Origin: Octopus sinensis
Lineage: Eukaryota
Direction: 5' to 3'
Length of the DNA: 64,000 bases
NCBI RefSeq assembly: GCF_006345805.1
Contig: NC_043004.1
Location: 28,830,001 to 28,894,000 of the forward strand
The translations under genes were made by a program, and so were the position numbers. Numbering within the stretch: the first letter of the stretch is position 1; every line of letters starts with the position of its first letter. Of this stretch, positions 1-12,864 are shown piece after piece. The notes beneath the pieces are model-generated. The model did not search any database. It worked only from the letters and a program-made list of their open reading frames with translations, and was not told where the DNA came from.

Positions 1-325
1 GGCAGTGAAACAGAACAACAGGTGTTGTAGCAATAGCTGAAGGAATACATAAATTAACAGTAGATATTGTTAATAAAGAGGAGTTTTTTTAAAAGATTAG
101 TTTAATCAGCAAACTTGGGACTGAGTCTTTACCATGATTTCTTTCCTCTTTACTCATACCTATATTTTTAAAAAATGAGGTACTTTTGAAAAGTCACCTG
201 CGGAGATACCTCTGCACCTATGATGGATGACAGTAGTTTCTTTAGCATCTCACCAGTAAGGTGTTGATGCATGATGAGTTGAAACAATTGAAGTAGTTCT
301 GAATTAAGAGCCTCATGAATTCCAT
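1..325 (-). CDS. Candidate first coding exons of a minus-strand gene leaving the window (325-254 joined to 36-1), signal-peptide-like N-terminus
   Basis: aaaATGG at 325; donor CTG|GTGAGA at 254/253; pyrimidine-rich acceptor TTTATGTATTCCTTCAG| at 37/36. The phase-0 join reads MEFMRLLIQNYFNCFNSSCINTLL/LLLQHLLFCFTA. An upstream acceptor lies at 467/466. No homology recognised. Confidence 0.3.
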
Positions 326-499
326 TTTCTGTCTCTAACATTTTTCATATAAACTCTACGGACACAAAGGAATTCCCAGAATAAATCCAGTGATGTATAC
401 CTCCATACTATTATTGACATCAGGTAGTCGAATACTGTAGACAGGCTTTAAACAGCACACTACAAGCTGTATATTAAAATATAAAATTATTACTGTGTA

Positions 500-548
<49 letters not shown>

Positions 549-849
549 ATATATATATAAATTTAAATAATAAGGGTAAAACATTGAATATTAATTTGAT
601 TAATATCAATTTAAACCAGTGGCCTAGCATATTGAAAAAAATATGAAGATAGGGATGACCACTAAGTGGTCATCCAATATGATGGATGTAGACCCCATAT
701 GATCTGACCACAAAGAAAAGATTGTCCACAAGAACATTTTTAATTTCACATATGTGCATTGCTTGCTTTTGATTTTGTCAACTACACAGTATAGTAGGGT
801 CAGTTGGGCACCATCTGTGAGAAAAACAGCACCATGAAGCAATTCACTC

Positions 850-1345
850 TGCTAGAAATTTGGAAATGACATGCTGTACTGCTTGATATTCGTGCTGGAA
901 GCTCCAATACAAACATTTCAGAGTGTTTGGGTGTCAATTTGAGAACATGTACTGAGAGTGATAAAAATCAAACATCCAGTCAACATCATGGTGCTTGGAA
1001 TGATCACTAGTGATGGTGAGATTATACCTCCATTCATCTTCCCACACAGTCTCAGGCTCAATATGGAGCCTACATCAAGTGCCTGGAGGAGGTAGTGTTG
1101 CCCTGGATCAAGAGGGTCACTGCTGGAAGACCCTATGTCTGACAACAAGACTCTGCACCATGCCACACAAGCAGGAGAACTGAGTCATGGCTGTCAGACA
1201 ATTTCTGCAAACACAACACCCTTCACATCTGGCCACCCAACTACCAAGACTGCAATTCACTTTATTGTGCGGGGGTGCAGTTGAGCAAGAGACCAACAAA
1301 ACTTCTTGTAACACTAAAGATGAACTAAAGGCAGCATTCACGTGG
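850..1345 (+). mobile_element. Degenerate Tc1/mariner transposase fragment, maT (DD37D)-like
   Basis: Frameshifted translation gives KHPVNIMVLGMITSDG...YIKCLEEVVLPWIKRVTAGRPYV*QQDSAPCHTSRRT..WL...IWPPNYQDCN, matching the QQDxAPxH and WPPxSPDxNP motifs. Confidence 0.85.
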
Positions 1346-3409
1346 AGTTAGACAACAGTTCATTCACCGCACCCTGTATACACACAGTCACAGACACACA
1401 CACATATATATATATATATTATACACACACACATATATTCACACACACAAGTAGAGTGAGTGTATGTATCTATATGTACACAATTATATGTTTTGAATTG
1501 ATGTTGAATTCCCTTTTTATCTCAGTCATTCATACAACATAGTTCAAATGATTAGTTTTTCCATACACCCAAATTATTCTCTAATAGAAAGAAATCTGAT
1601 ATTTTCCAAACTATCTTTATTTGGTTAGTAGCTAGGTTTTGCTAAGACCTAGACAGCAATGATCCAACAGATCAAATCATCAATGATGTTCCAACTCTAT
1701 CTAATTTCACAAATAAATAAATCTATATAAATTATAACTGAACCATACCTATAGCACTTGATGTATCCTTTTCTTTCAAGATGACATGGTGTGATTTGAA
1801 GGCAATTTCTAGGTCAAGTGACAGCGTCCTACATCAGTCTGAACTGAAGAGGCACCTTGCTTTAATTGATTGAAATAAAAGAACCTTACTGCTTCATTTA
1901 AAATTATAAGGTCATCTCTTACACACACCATAATGAGCTGGGAGTACTATGAATAGATTGTATATATTAATTGTTTATATTGATGCTATGACTCTCTGAC
2001 TTATTAGGAGAATGGAGTTATCAGTTTGATCAAATTGCAGAATATAACATATAATAACGTTATTGATCCACAACATCTACAAGATTTGAACTCCAAACAT
2101 ATATGAAACCAGATACTCTGTGGCACTCTGCTGCTTCATCAAATTGCCATTAAACTGATTTCTAGCTTGCTACAACTACAATATAGTCAGTTTAATATCG
2201 ACCTCCCTATACCTGATTATTACATATTGTACACCACCCTCTGAAAGGGTGACAGGCAAATCCAAGATATGTGACTGATCTGTAGCTCCTGTTGAGTATG
2301 TGAATTGACTTAAAGTAAAAGCTATATAATTACAAACAATACGTTACTAAATAGAGATTTCAACAAACTAATATCTAGAGGTGTGTTTTTGTCAGCATTT
2401 ATAGTTATGAAGAAGATTTGAAATAAATTCTATGTCTCAGGAACACCTTAATGATCATTATTATATATCTTTATTAATATTTTTCTTCTTTTCTATAAAA
2501 TCAAATTCTGTGAGTGATTAAACAAACCATAAAAAGTTTGACAGTGCTATATCCATTAGATGCAAGAAATTTCACCTAAATCAAGATTTTGCTTTGATCA
2601 AATTTCCCTATTAAGAAGTACTTCATTCTAGCGTTTACAGATGCCACACACTCTACAGTAGCAAAACTACCAAGCACATATAAAAATAACAAATATAGAA
2701 TTAAATACAAAAAGGATTTTAAAATGCATCTGCATAGAATTTACCTATTTATCTTTCAAGGAAGTCTCAGTTGGGAAATTATGGGACTGAATAAATTTAT
2801 TTTATTTATTTAGACACATATGTGTCTATGTATTGGGTCAATATATTCATTCATTTCTTTCCAATGTTGGAGGCATGGAAGTCCGTGTTTGATGGTAGAG
2901 TAGAGCGCTTTGAAACCAAATGCAGGAGACTGCACGAAAAGAGGAGGAGATGTTGTCATCAACTACCTGGAGCTGTTGTTCAGGGTCACTTTCAGTGCCT
3001 TCAAAGCCAGTGGACTTACCGATCTCATATCAGTCTTGTCTGCTCCCATGAGAAACAATGTGCTGGAGACAGAGGAAGATGAATGTCTTGGATCAACACT
3101 ATCGTAACCTTTGATGGTTTGTCATAAGCAAGAAAGTATTTGAATTAATGTGAAAGATATTTTCGTTGTAGAGTTTTATAAATTTCGTAGTTCTATTTTA
3201 CTTCTACAACTTTTCTTTATTGCTTTTAAAATTTGAATAAATTTTATCACTTTACAAACATATGACAAAAGAGTGCCCAGAAGGAAAAAGGCACTTTGGG
3301 CACCTACATCTCTTCGCTTTCAGTCAAGGATCCAAAGCTGCCAGGGCAACTTGAGATATTTGTGTTGCGTATAGAAAAAGCAATATTACTAAAAGAATTG
3401 CACATACGG

Positions 3410-4195
3410 TTCTCAAGCTTTAATTAGGGGAAATTCATCCTCACAGACTTTCCACATTCCAGCTGATATGTTCATTTCAATGAGAATAAACTGAACGAGC
3501 TCATCCATGCCAATCCACCAGGGAACTGGCCAGGCTGATGGGAAGCTATTGAGATACCATTACTTGTCGCCTTTACTCAATGGGTAAGGTCCAAAAATCT
3601 CAGTGCATGGGTGCTACACACTTTGAACAAAAGAAACAAACTCCAGTGCTCCTCTATTGCCACCTGTTAGTTTGTTCAACACTAGCCCCTATTTATTGAT
3701 GTAAAGAGAGATTTCTTGACTGCATCATCACCAGCAAATGTTGTCTTTGTGCCAATATGAAGCAGAGGAAAGAATGGCTGAATCCCAACAAGCAAGCAAC
3801 ATCTTTAACTAGGCCAGAATTGCATTCATGCAAGACAATGATCTGCATTTGGTGGGATTGTGAAAGGTTAATCCACAACAAAATGCTTTATAAAACAACC
3901 ACACAGTCACTGCAGAGCTTTATGTACTGCAAATGCACCGGCTCAATGGTGCAACCCAGCTAAAAAAAAACCCATCCAGCAATACAGTGTGCTTTAACAT
4001 GACAACACTCGACTTCACATTGCTAATTTGCCCAAAAATGCTATTCAGAAGCTTGATTGGGAAGCTCTACTGCACCCACAATATTCTCCTGATACAGCAC
4101 CTTCTCATAATCAGGGGCATTTTGTTCAACAGCATAGAGTTGCAAACATGTTTCAATGAATTCTTCAAGTCAAAAGTATGCGATTTTTATTGCTC
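3410..4195 (+). mobile_element. Degenerate mariner (DD34D-type) transposase
   Basis: Pieces KQRKEWLNPNKQATSLTRPELHSCKTMICIWWDCE, HDNTRLH and WEALLHPQYSPDTAPS match mariner motifs. Many stops and frameshifts. Confidence 0.9.
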
Positions 4196-4199
4196 TCCA

Positions 4200-4260
4200 G
4201 ACCTCAGTCAAACTGTCCAACCCATGCCAGCATGGAAAACGGACGTCAAACAATGATGAT
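4200..4260 (+). mobile_element. Solo 3' tail of RTE LINE
   Basis: GTCCAACCCATGCCAGCATGGAAAACGGACGTCAAACAATGATGAT matches the 3' ends of the RTE copies at 50 and 53.5 kb. Confidence 0.8.
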
Positions 4261-4408
4261 ACACACATACACATATATATATATACACACACATATATTA
4301 TACATACACATATATACTATATATATACGTATGAGTTAGCGGTTAGACAACCATCTAAGGGATTATAGATATCCAATATCTATCTATATATCTATCTATC
4401 TATCTATC

Positions 4409-4450
<42 letters not shown>

Positions 4451-5970
4451 AAGAAACTTTACATTAAGAAGTGGAATGTACAATTTCATATAAGTCAAAC
4501 TGCCTCATGGTCCCAGTAGACAAAATAGGTATTGCACCTGGGGATGGTGAGGGAGACACCCTGGAACAGCCACTCTGACTCATGTGACTTGCACTTGTGA
4601 AGAGTCATCACTGCCTCGATGCTGGTAAACAGGGATATAGTCTGGCAAAGAACTTCAGAGGTCTCCACTGCCACAGGCTCAGCCAATAAAACCTGTCAGA
4701 GAGTGATACTTTGACAGTTAGCTTTTTTCAGCCTGACGTGCAGCAGTGCCTGGGCTGGTAGCTGACCACACCAAGTTGCTACTGGAAAATGTATCACTGT
4801 ATGTGGCATCCCAGATGAGGGGCCAATCACAGCAGGGCAGTCTAGCTCCACTGGGTTGAGCTGGAAGGGAAGCCTGTGGTGTCTAGGCCGTGTTTTATGA
4901 TTTTGCTAAGGATGACATGGCATGGAAGGTAGCCAGCACTATGACAGTTGGTGGAGGCCGAAAGAATCTGCAGTGGAAACACTGATGTACAGAGAGTCAC
5001 TATCAAGCTGAGTGCCAGTCGCAAGCGACGGTACTGCATTGAGCCAGGCTCTGCTGTGGGGCTTGAAGGCTGAGCAGATGGCACCACATTGAGCCAAGCT
5101 CTGCTATGAGGTTTGGATGGTGCTGGTCAAGTCAGCACACCAACTTGTCTGCAATCATTGGATGGCATCCCATTTCCTCTGAGAGGACCAGATCTCTGCA
5201 GGGGGAGGGGAGAATGGACATTAGCAAGGTGCAAGCTGAGCTGCCTCCATGTCATGTAGGCCACATTGCATTTAACAAATAGTTCAGTTGTGTTGTGAAA
5301 AGCCCTGTGAAAGATTGAAATAAATGGTGGTGGGGAGGAATCTATCAAAAAAAATTACCAGTGAGTACATAGGGCACATGAAGTAAAAGTAATCAGAATT
5401 GTCACAGAATCCACAAACATTGGTACAAATAGTGAAAAAAATGTCACACTGTGAAGAAGACACATCCAGTAAGTATTTCAGCTGGTATACTTTGTTTATT
5501 ACCTTTAATAGAGTTCACAGTGTGGAGAAGTCTATACCTTAATGAGTTGCATTCTGATGCAGAAACGCATGCTTGGTGGTTATTGCAGCCTTGCTTTCAC
5601 CAACCTCAAAGGTTCTACAAAAAAAGCTGTGTGTACTGACACACATTAAAAATATGCTTACAAAGCATGAGTTTGACTTTCAGATTACTGAGGTTAATTA
5701 AAATAACTACCAGTTAAATAATGGGATCAATTCAATCGATAATTTTAAATTCTACAGGTTAATATCTAAAACTGGAACATATTTTTTTTTTATAAACAAC
5801 TAGAAATCTCAGTCTCATTTCATTCAAAGGGATTCGATTATAGTTAATTCTTTCAATACCTTTACATGGCAGCATATTTTTTTCTCTCCTGGTCTGTCAC
5901 AACACCATTTAAATTTGACTTAGGGAAATATTTTGGTTTTCACAAACTTAAAATTAATAATCTTAGAATA

Positions 5971-6235
5971 GGTGCAAGCATGGCTGTGTGGTAAGAAGCT
6001 TGTTTCCCAACCACATGGTTCTGGGTTCAGTCCAAGTGCATGAAAACTGAAAGAAGCTTGTCATATATATATGCATTTGTGTGTGTGCTTATGTCCCTGA
6101 ACTTAGCAGTTTGGCAATAGAATAAGTATTAGGCTTACAAGGAATAAGTCCTGGGGTTGATTTGTTCAACTAAAGGCAGTTCTCCAGCATAGCCACAGTC
6201 AAATGACTGAAACAAGTAAAAGAATAAGAGAATCT
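5971..6235 (+). mobile_element. tRNA-derived SINE, internally deleted and CpG-decayed
   Basis: Head GCATGGCTGTGTGGTAAGAAGCTT...GGTTCAGTCC and tail CAGCATAGCCACAGTCAAATGACTGAAACAAGTAAAAGAAT are shared with copies at 32.6-33.4 and 55 kb. Confidence 0.85.
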
Positions 6236-6261
6236 ATAAGAAAAATATAAAGTAGTGAATT

Positions 6262-6362
6262 TCCCACTGGCCTGGTGCAGCCTTCGGGCTTCCCAGACCC
6301 CAGTTGAACCGTCCAACCCATGCTAGCATGGAAAGCGGACATTAAATGATAATGATGATGAG
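6262..6362 (+). mobile_element. Solo 3' tail of RTE LINE
   Basis: CCAGTTGAACCGTCCAACCCATGCTAGCATGGAAAGCGGACATTAAATGATAATGATGATG. Confidence 0.85.
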
Positions 6363-6577
6363 ATTTTCATAAGCAACTAGTATTGTATAATTTTCTATTG
6401 TTTCCATGTAAATTCCTTCACAACATCATACCAACTCTTTAACAACTTTTCCATTACATCCTTCCTTTATTTGCCTTAAAACTTTACTCTTTCTTTTTCT
6501 ACAATAAAACCCTTTTATTTGTACCTCTAGTCAAGCTTTCTCAACATTTTGTTCTCCTTTCGCATTATTATTATTAA

Positions 6578-6796
6578 CCCTTTAGTGTTCTGATTATTCT
6601 ATCAAACATAATGCTTATTGATTCACAGTGATTTGAATTAATCATGCATTATCTCATATCGTCAAGATCTTGATGGTGTAATTACTTAATGTAGAATAAC
6701 ATTGTAGGGTAGGTGTGAGAGCTTGGATCTGGTCAGTTTGAACATAAAACAGATTAACTATTTTGGCCGGATATGGCCGGTTTAAATACTAAAGGG
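6578..6796. mobile_element. piggyBac-type MITE (219 bp)
   Basis: TTAA|CCCTTTAGT ... ACTAAAGGG|TTAA: TTAA duplicated at 6574-6577 and 6797-6800, with CCC/GGG terminal inverted repeats. Confidence 0.85.
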
Positions 6797-7309
6797 TTAA
6801 TATTGCCATTTTCATGAGTTCAAATCATGTTGAGGTCAGCTTTGCCTTTTATTCCTCCAAGGTTGATAACAGAAAATACTTGTTAAGTTCTGAAGTTGAT
6901 AATAACAGCTAACTTCATCATGTCAAAACTGCTAGCCTTGCACCAACATCACAAACATTATCTATCTGTCTATTTGTCTGTCTATCTATCTATCTATCTA
7001 TCTATCTAGAGAGAGAGAGAGAGAGAGACAGAGAGAGAGAGAGAGAAAGAGAAAGAAAGAGCGATATACAAATAGAGACACATGTATTAGTGTATGTGAG
7101 TGTGTGCTTGGTAGAACAAATGGGAGAAAGCAGAACTCAATACATGAGTGTTTATAAATATTTCTGATCAGCAGAGTTGAAAATGTGACTTGAAGGCTGA
7201 TAGTTTTCTACACAGCAATTAACAAACTGACATCAAATCTCTGAGCTCATTTCTTATGTATTTCAAGTGTGTGTAAATGTGCATGCATGCTCACTTCATC
7301 TGCATATTA

Positions 7310-7842
7310 TCTATACATATAAAACTGAAGATGTGAGTGTGTGTAAACCTGCATAACTTCTGAAGTTCATAACTGATTTTCTGAAAACTAAGAACATACA
7401 TTACTTATGTTCCAAAGATGGTTTTAGACTTTTAAAACTTTTTACATAATGAGTAATGGGGCCCCTGGGGGCAGAAAACCCCCTTTCCTGGGTAAACAAT
7501 ACAAACAATTGCATAACTTGATTGCTTTGTTGGTTCAAGGGACATTACTCCTGATGATGTACTTAAGTTAATTTCTCTACCTCTAATAATAACATATACA
7601 ATAATATATATAAAACTGTGTGTATGTGTGTACGTGCGCATGTGTAAACCTGCAGAATTTCTGAAGTTTGCAACTAGTTTTCTCCAAACTGGGAACATAC
7701 ATTACTTATGTCCCAGAGATGGTTTTAGATTCTTTAAATTTTTCATATATTGAGTAATGGGGCCACTGGGGGCAGAAAATCCCCTTTCCTGGGGTACATT
7801 CAACTGCTTGCATGGTCCACGCATTGCTCCTGTTCAAACTAG
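7310..7842 (+). mobile_element. Two tandem diverged copies of a short non-autonomous Helitron-like repeat
   Basis: 5' A|TCTATACATATAAAACTG at 7309/7310. A ~170-bp direct repeat (7341 vs ~7642) recurs about 300 bp apart. CTAG at 7839-7842 lacks a clean hairpin and following T. Confidence 0.5.
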
Positions 7843-8259
7843 AAAAAAACAGCTACTGAAATGATATAGGTAGGTTGTACTAAATGGATGAACCAATGTA
7901 AATTTCAAACTGCGTTGTCTAAGTTGTAGCAATAATAGCCGGTTCTTATGGTACCATAGGTAGCAATTTGTTGGAATAAAAACCGTTTGGAACGCACTAT
8001 TTTGATTATAAAAAATATGCTAAAATATATTAAATCCTGGGCAATTATTCAACTATTTTCTTTTAGCTTCAGTACCAAAGTCTTCCTTCTAAGCATAGAT
8101 GAAGCCTATGCAGATATATTTTCAGTTATTGATTACAAACTTAAATATGGCATGTACATTAACGTACTAATTTATGGTGTCTAAGACCCAACTACATTCC
8201 AAGTCATAGCCCATAATAGCAGTTTCCCGGATTCATTGGCATATGTACCCCACCATTCC

Positions 8260-8430
8260 AGACTGGACACTAGTCCATCGCAGAACTGCTTATTTTTCGT
8301 CAGCTGAGTAGACTGGATCAATGTGATATGAAATGTTTTGCTCAAGAGAACAAAGCATCGTCCGGTTTAGGAATCGGACAACAATCTTAAAAATATGAGT
8401 GCAACACCCTCATCATTAAACCAAGCACCA
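8260..8430 (-). mobile_element. Degenerate SINE fragment
   Basis: CAGCTGAGTAGACTGGATCAATGTGATATGAAATGTTTTGCTCAAGAGAACAA matches the SINE at 13.7 kb. Confidence 0.65.
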
Positions 8431-8528
8431 CCACAATACATACATGCACAATATATATATACAAGTATATATGTATATAAATATACACCAAGATACATGC
8501 ATGTAGATAATGGGCAGAAGTATGTATA

Positions 8529-9982
8529 TACAGACATATTTGGGTCAATATTCAGTTTATGCCCTGCCTATGAAAACAAAAAAGAAAAAAACAACCTAGT
8601 AAGTGTAATAATATGTGTAGAAAATGAATATGCAAAACAAAAATTTGTGCAAATGAACGGAGAGTGTTGGGAGAAGACTTCCGGAAAATTCACAAGATCT
8701 GATTTTTCCCTCATAACTTTCAGGAAAATAGATATATATTGATGAAATTTTATAGACATGCTGTTCAAATGGCATAAATTACGATTATAAAGAAATTTCT
8801 GGGGAAAATGTTTTCTGAAGGGGTGGGGAGAGGATTTCGGAAAATTCATACGATCCATTTTTTTCCTTATAACTTTCAGGAAAATGGATATCTTTTGATG
8901 AAATTTTACAGAAACACCTTTCAAACAGCATAGATTACAATTATAAAGAAATTTGAGGGGAAAATTTTTCTGAAGGGGTAGAGAGAGGACTATCATAAAG
9001 TCCACACAATCCGTTTTTTTTTCCTCATAACTTTCAGGATCTAGTTTAGAGCATGGTCACCAGAGCGAAAAAATCCCCAAACTAATAGGTGTACAAAAAA
9101 ATGGATATGAATGCAAAAATTTGCGCAAATGAACGGGTGGGTGGGTGGGTGAGGAGAGGACTTTAGAAAAATTCACATGATCCGGTTTTTCCCCTCATAA
9201 CTTTCAGGAAAATGGATATTTTTTTAATGAAATTTTACAGAAACACCTTTCAAACGGCATAGATTACAATTATGAAGAAATTTGTGAGGAAAAATGTTTC
9301 CGAAGGTGTGTGGGGAAGACTGTTGGGAACATTCACATGATACGTTTTTTTCCCTAGCTTTCAGGATCAAGTTTAGCACCCGGTCACCAAAACGAAAAAA
9401 AAATAACAAAACAAAACAAAAAAAATCAACTAGGTGTGTAAAAAGACGCGTAGAAAACGAATATGAAAACAAAAATTTGTGCAAACGCACGGGGGATGGG
9501 TGGGGAGAGGACTTTGGAAAATTCTCACGATCCGATTTTTTCCCTCACAACTTTCAGGAAAAACATTTTCCTCACAACTTTCAGGAAAAACATTTTCCCC
9601 ACAAATTTCTTTATAATCGCTGTTTGAAAGGTGTTTCTGTAAAATTTCATTGAAAGATATCCATTTTCCGGAAATCCTCTCCCCAGCCCTTCAGTAAACA
9701 ATTTCCCCAGAATTTTCTTCATAATCGTAATCTGTGCCATTTGAACGGCATTTCTATAAATTTTCATTAATATATATCCATTTTCCTGAAAGTTATGAGG
9801 GAAAAATCGGATCTGGTGACTTTTCCAAAAGTCCTCTTCCAACCCCAACCACGTTCGTTTGCGCAAATTTTTGTTTTCATATTCGCTTTCTACACATTTT
9901 TCTTTACACCCAGTAGACTTTTTTGTTTCTTCTTTTCGTTTCCGTGACCGGAGTATAAACTGTATATTAACCCATATTTGTA
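8529..9982. mobile_element. Foldback-type element: long inverted arms built from ~155-bp subrepeats
   Basis: The left end ATATTTGGGTCAATATTCAGTTTAT is inverted at the right end (ATAAACTGTATATTAACCCATATTTG). The unit TTCAGGAAAATxGATAT...GAAATTTTA recurs at ~8719, 8875 and 9203 and inverted at ~9640-9800. Confidence 0.75.
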
Positions 9983-10040
9983 CGTGAGAGAGTGCGCGCA
10001 TACGGTTGCGTATATATGTATATACACATATGCATACAAA

Positions 10041-10457
10041 GGCGATCTTTCGTCTCTAGTAGACCTTTCCGTCGATTTCCGTAAAAATTTTTATTTTTTT
10101 ACATATGGGCTTGCGGGAACTTTTGAAGTAATATACATACATATACACATACACCGAGTAAAAAATTTCAGTTATCTCTTTCTTCCACACATTACTCTGT
10201 CTCTTCACACACACTAACAGAAGCACTTCACTTACACAACATACTGTCTGTCTCCCACACCCCATCAAACACACACACACATGTCCATCAATGTTCCCAT
10301 GCACGGTAACTTCAAAAGAACTTCCCTCGTCATACAATCGCTTTCTCTTAGTCTATTTCGCTCTCATTACTTCAAAAGTTCCCGCAAGCCCATATGTAAA
10401 AAAAAAAAAAATTTTACGGAAATCGACGGAAAGGTCTACTAGGGACGAAATATTGCC
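10041..10457. mobile_element. MITE with ~90-bp TIRs and 8-bp TSD, Merlin-like
   Basis: Inverted arms 10041-10131 and 10366-10457 start GGCGA/GGCAA. Flanks are CATACAAA (10033-10040) and CACACAAA (10458-10465). Confidence 0.7.
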
Positions 10458-10517
10458 CACACAAAAGTTTATTATTGAAGACATGAATGATTTGCAAAAG
10501 AATTTTATATTTAACTT

Positions 10518-10555
<38 letters not shown>

Positions 10556-10963
10556 AGAGAGAGAAAAGGGGAGGGAGGTAGGGAGGAGTTTAGTTATTAC
10601 ATTAAAATCATGATTGTCTAATGCATTTTGTGACTGTGACGACTACTAATAAATTCAATAAAAGAATATACTCATCGATAGGATATACGCGTTCGTATGT
10701 GTGTGAGTGTGTGGTTTGTACATTTTTTTATAATTTGGATGTAGATGTCTGTACATAAATATAGGAATCGATTAACGCGCGTGCGCACGCACGCACACGA
10801 AAATATACACACGCGTGTATGTATGTCTAACACTTTTTAATAAACAAATATGGATGCGTTGTATTGAAAGAAATATTTCTCTCCTTCTCTCTCTCTCACT
10901 ATCTTAACGTCGATCTTATATAGGAATCGACTTTCGTTGTTCATAACATTTGGTGAAGAAAGA

Positions 10964-11023
10964 ATGATGTCATTACGTTGCTAAGGAGAGATCGATCTGC
11001 TGCTTCTAACACAATCTGATTGG
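10964..11023. promoter_or_regulatory. Candidate promoter motif cluster (CRE-like, RFX X-box-like, CCAAT)
   Basis: ATGATGTCAT 10964-10973, CGTTGCTAAGG 10977-10987 and CTGATTGG 11016-11023 in non-repetitive, CpG-retaining sequence. Confidence 0.35.
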
Positions 11024-11384
11024 AGCATCAAAACAGTAATACAATAAATATCGGAAATGATTTTGTAAGCCTAGAAAATAGGAATCAATTCAGAAATCAT
11101 GATTAGCTTCGTTTAGCAGAGAGCCTGGAAAAGCGCTTTCGAAAAATGTCGAGGGGAACGGTCTACTGTCGAAGCAAGAACTGGCGCCACACTTACTTAT
11201 TTCTACTGGAATTCTGTAAATAAGAATATGGAAGCATTATCGAATTTTACTCCAAACATAGTATCAAACACGTGATATGTGGCAGATAACGTTTGGCATC
11301 GAAGCGGCAGAGCGTCGGATAGAATATATCGTGGTATTGTGTTAAGGTTCCTTTATATTCTGAATTCAGCTCGATATGAGTTCG

Positions 11385-11530
11385 ACGGGCTCCTTTCAGT
11401 TTCCGCCTACCATATCCACTCACGAGACTTTGGTCGGCCCGACCATATAATAAGAGAGACTTGCCCAAGGTGCCACGCAGTGCGACTGAACCAGGAAACA
11501 TGTGGTTGATAAGCCAGCTTCTTACCAGAT
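11385..11530 (-). mobile_element. tRNA-derived SINE 5' portion
   Basis: CTCCTTTCAGTTTCCGCCTACC...ACTTGCCCAAGGTGCCACGCAGTGCGACTGAACC matches other copies. Confidence 0.85.
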
Positions 11531-11701
11531 CGCCGGCTCTTGTGCTTGTATACATTTGACATGGGCGATTCTTTCTTGTCTTGGGATTCCCGGTCAAACG
11601 GCTGGGTAGAACTGCGCGAAAAATGACACGGATGTGTAGAATGGTCTGGTGGTGATGCTGGGCTTTGTATTTTTTCATAGCTCCCATGGTTACCGAGATA
11701 A

Positions 11702-12129
11702 TCTACTATAATAATACTCTTGTGTTTATGAATGAGAAAGAAAGGGATGATAGATGAATAAGGAAGGAATGGGTGATCGTTTCAACTCTGTGTGAATATA
11801 TGTGTGTGTGTGTGTGTGTGTAAAAGGGGTATGTGAATGTGTGTGGGCGCGTGCGCGTGTGTGTATGTTTGTGTGCGCGTACGAGCGCGCAATGGAAGTG
11901 GGATGGTTCATCTTTTTTCGCGTAGTATTTAGGTTTATTTTTCGAATTGGCTGTAAATTGGTTGGATTTTTTTTTGTTGGTCAGTTATTTTTAGCGTTTT
12001 GACAGAGAAAAGTCATTCTAAAATTGTTTTTTAACGTAAACGTGCCCAAACAAGTCAAATGCTTGCACAGAGCAGGTTTTACAGCTACATCATCCAAACC
12101 AACCGGGTGAAACCGGGCTTAGCTGCTAG
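11702..12129 (+). mobile_element. Complete non-autonomous Helitron (428 bp)
   Basis: 5' A|TCTACTATA; 3' hairpin CCGGGTGAAACCGG followed by CTAG|T at 12126-12130; inserted between A and T. Confidence 0.85.
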
Positions 12130-12864
12130 TTTTGTGTGTGTGTAAGTTCAATAAAAGGTTAAATAAGCCTCGTTAAGGGATAATAATGTCCAATGAATTT
12201 ACTGGTTCTTCACCTATTATTTATTTTGAATATTAAAAAATGGGTAATTAGATAAACCAAGGTTTATATTTGTTTAAGAAAAATAAGAAAATAGAGATAA
12301 ATCAATTAATGATTGCATTTATTAATTACAAAAATAGACATAATCCCTCACAGCTGTCTCGATTCAGACTTTAAAAATTAATTGAAATAATTAAATCATT
12401 ATAAAGTTGAATCTCGTCGGAGGTAGAAAAGGATATATACATTTATATATTTTTAGGTGTTAAGTGTATGGAGCATTTCGGCTGAGTATTGTTTTATAAG
12501 AAAATTTTGTATAAACCTTATGGTGGGGAGACAGGTAGTATATATTTGGAGAATTAAATATAAAAAATATAAGCTTTGGGTAAACGTTAAAAGTATAAAG
12601 AAAAGGAATATATAATAATAAACCGTATATTTATAAACACACACACACACACACATATTATATAGTAAAACTCACATGGAAAAGGATGCTTGGGGTTCAG
12701 TCATATAATAATATAAATAATATATAAATATATGCATATATACATACATATATGTATATTATATATATATACTTTATACATATACACACAGACACACACA
12801 CATATATATATATATATACATACATATATTATACACGCACACACACACACATATATATATATAT

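Noticed and set aside
641-665. Perfect 10-bp hairpin GGATGACCAC-TAA-GTGGTCATCC as a terminator
   Set aside because: Part of an interspersed repeat in eukaryotic DNA, with no U-tract or gene context.
2830-3240. Possible mariner end or a 43-nt minus-strand exon (TCTCCAG|...ATCG|GTAAGT near 3020-3060)
   Set aside because: No transposase motif could be aligned convincingly and no compatible coding neighbour was found; identity unresolved.
4490-5290. GC-richer segment suggesting a coding or LINE remnant
   Set aside because: All frames are interrupted and no diagnostic motif was recognised.
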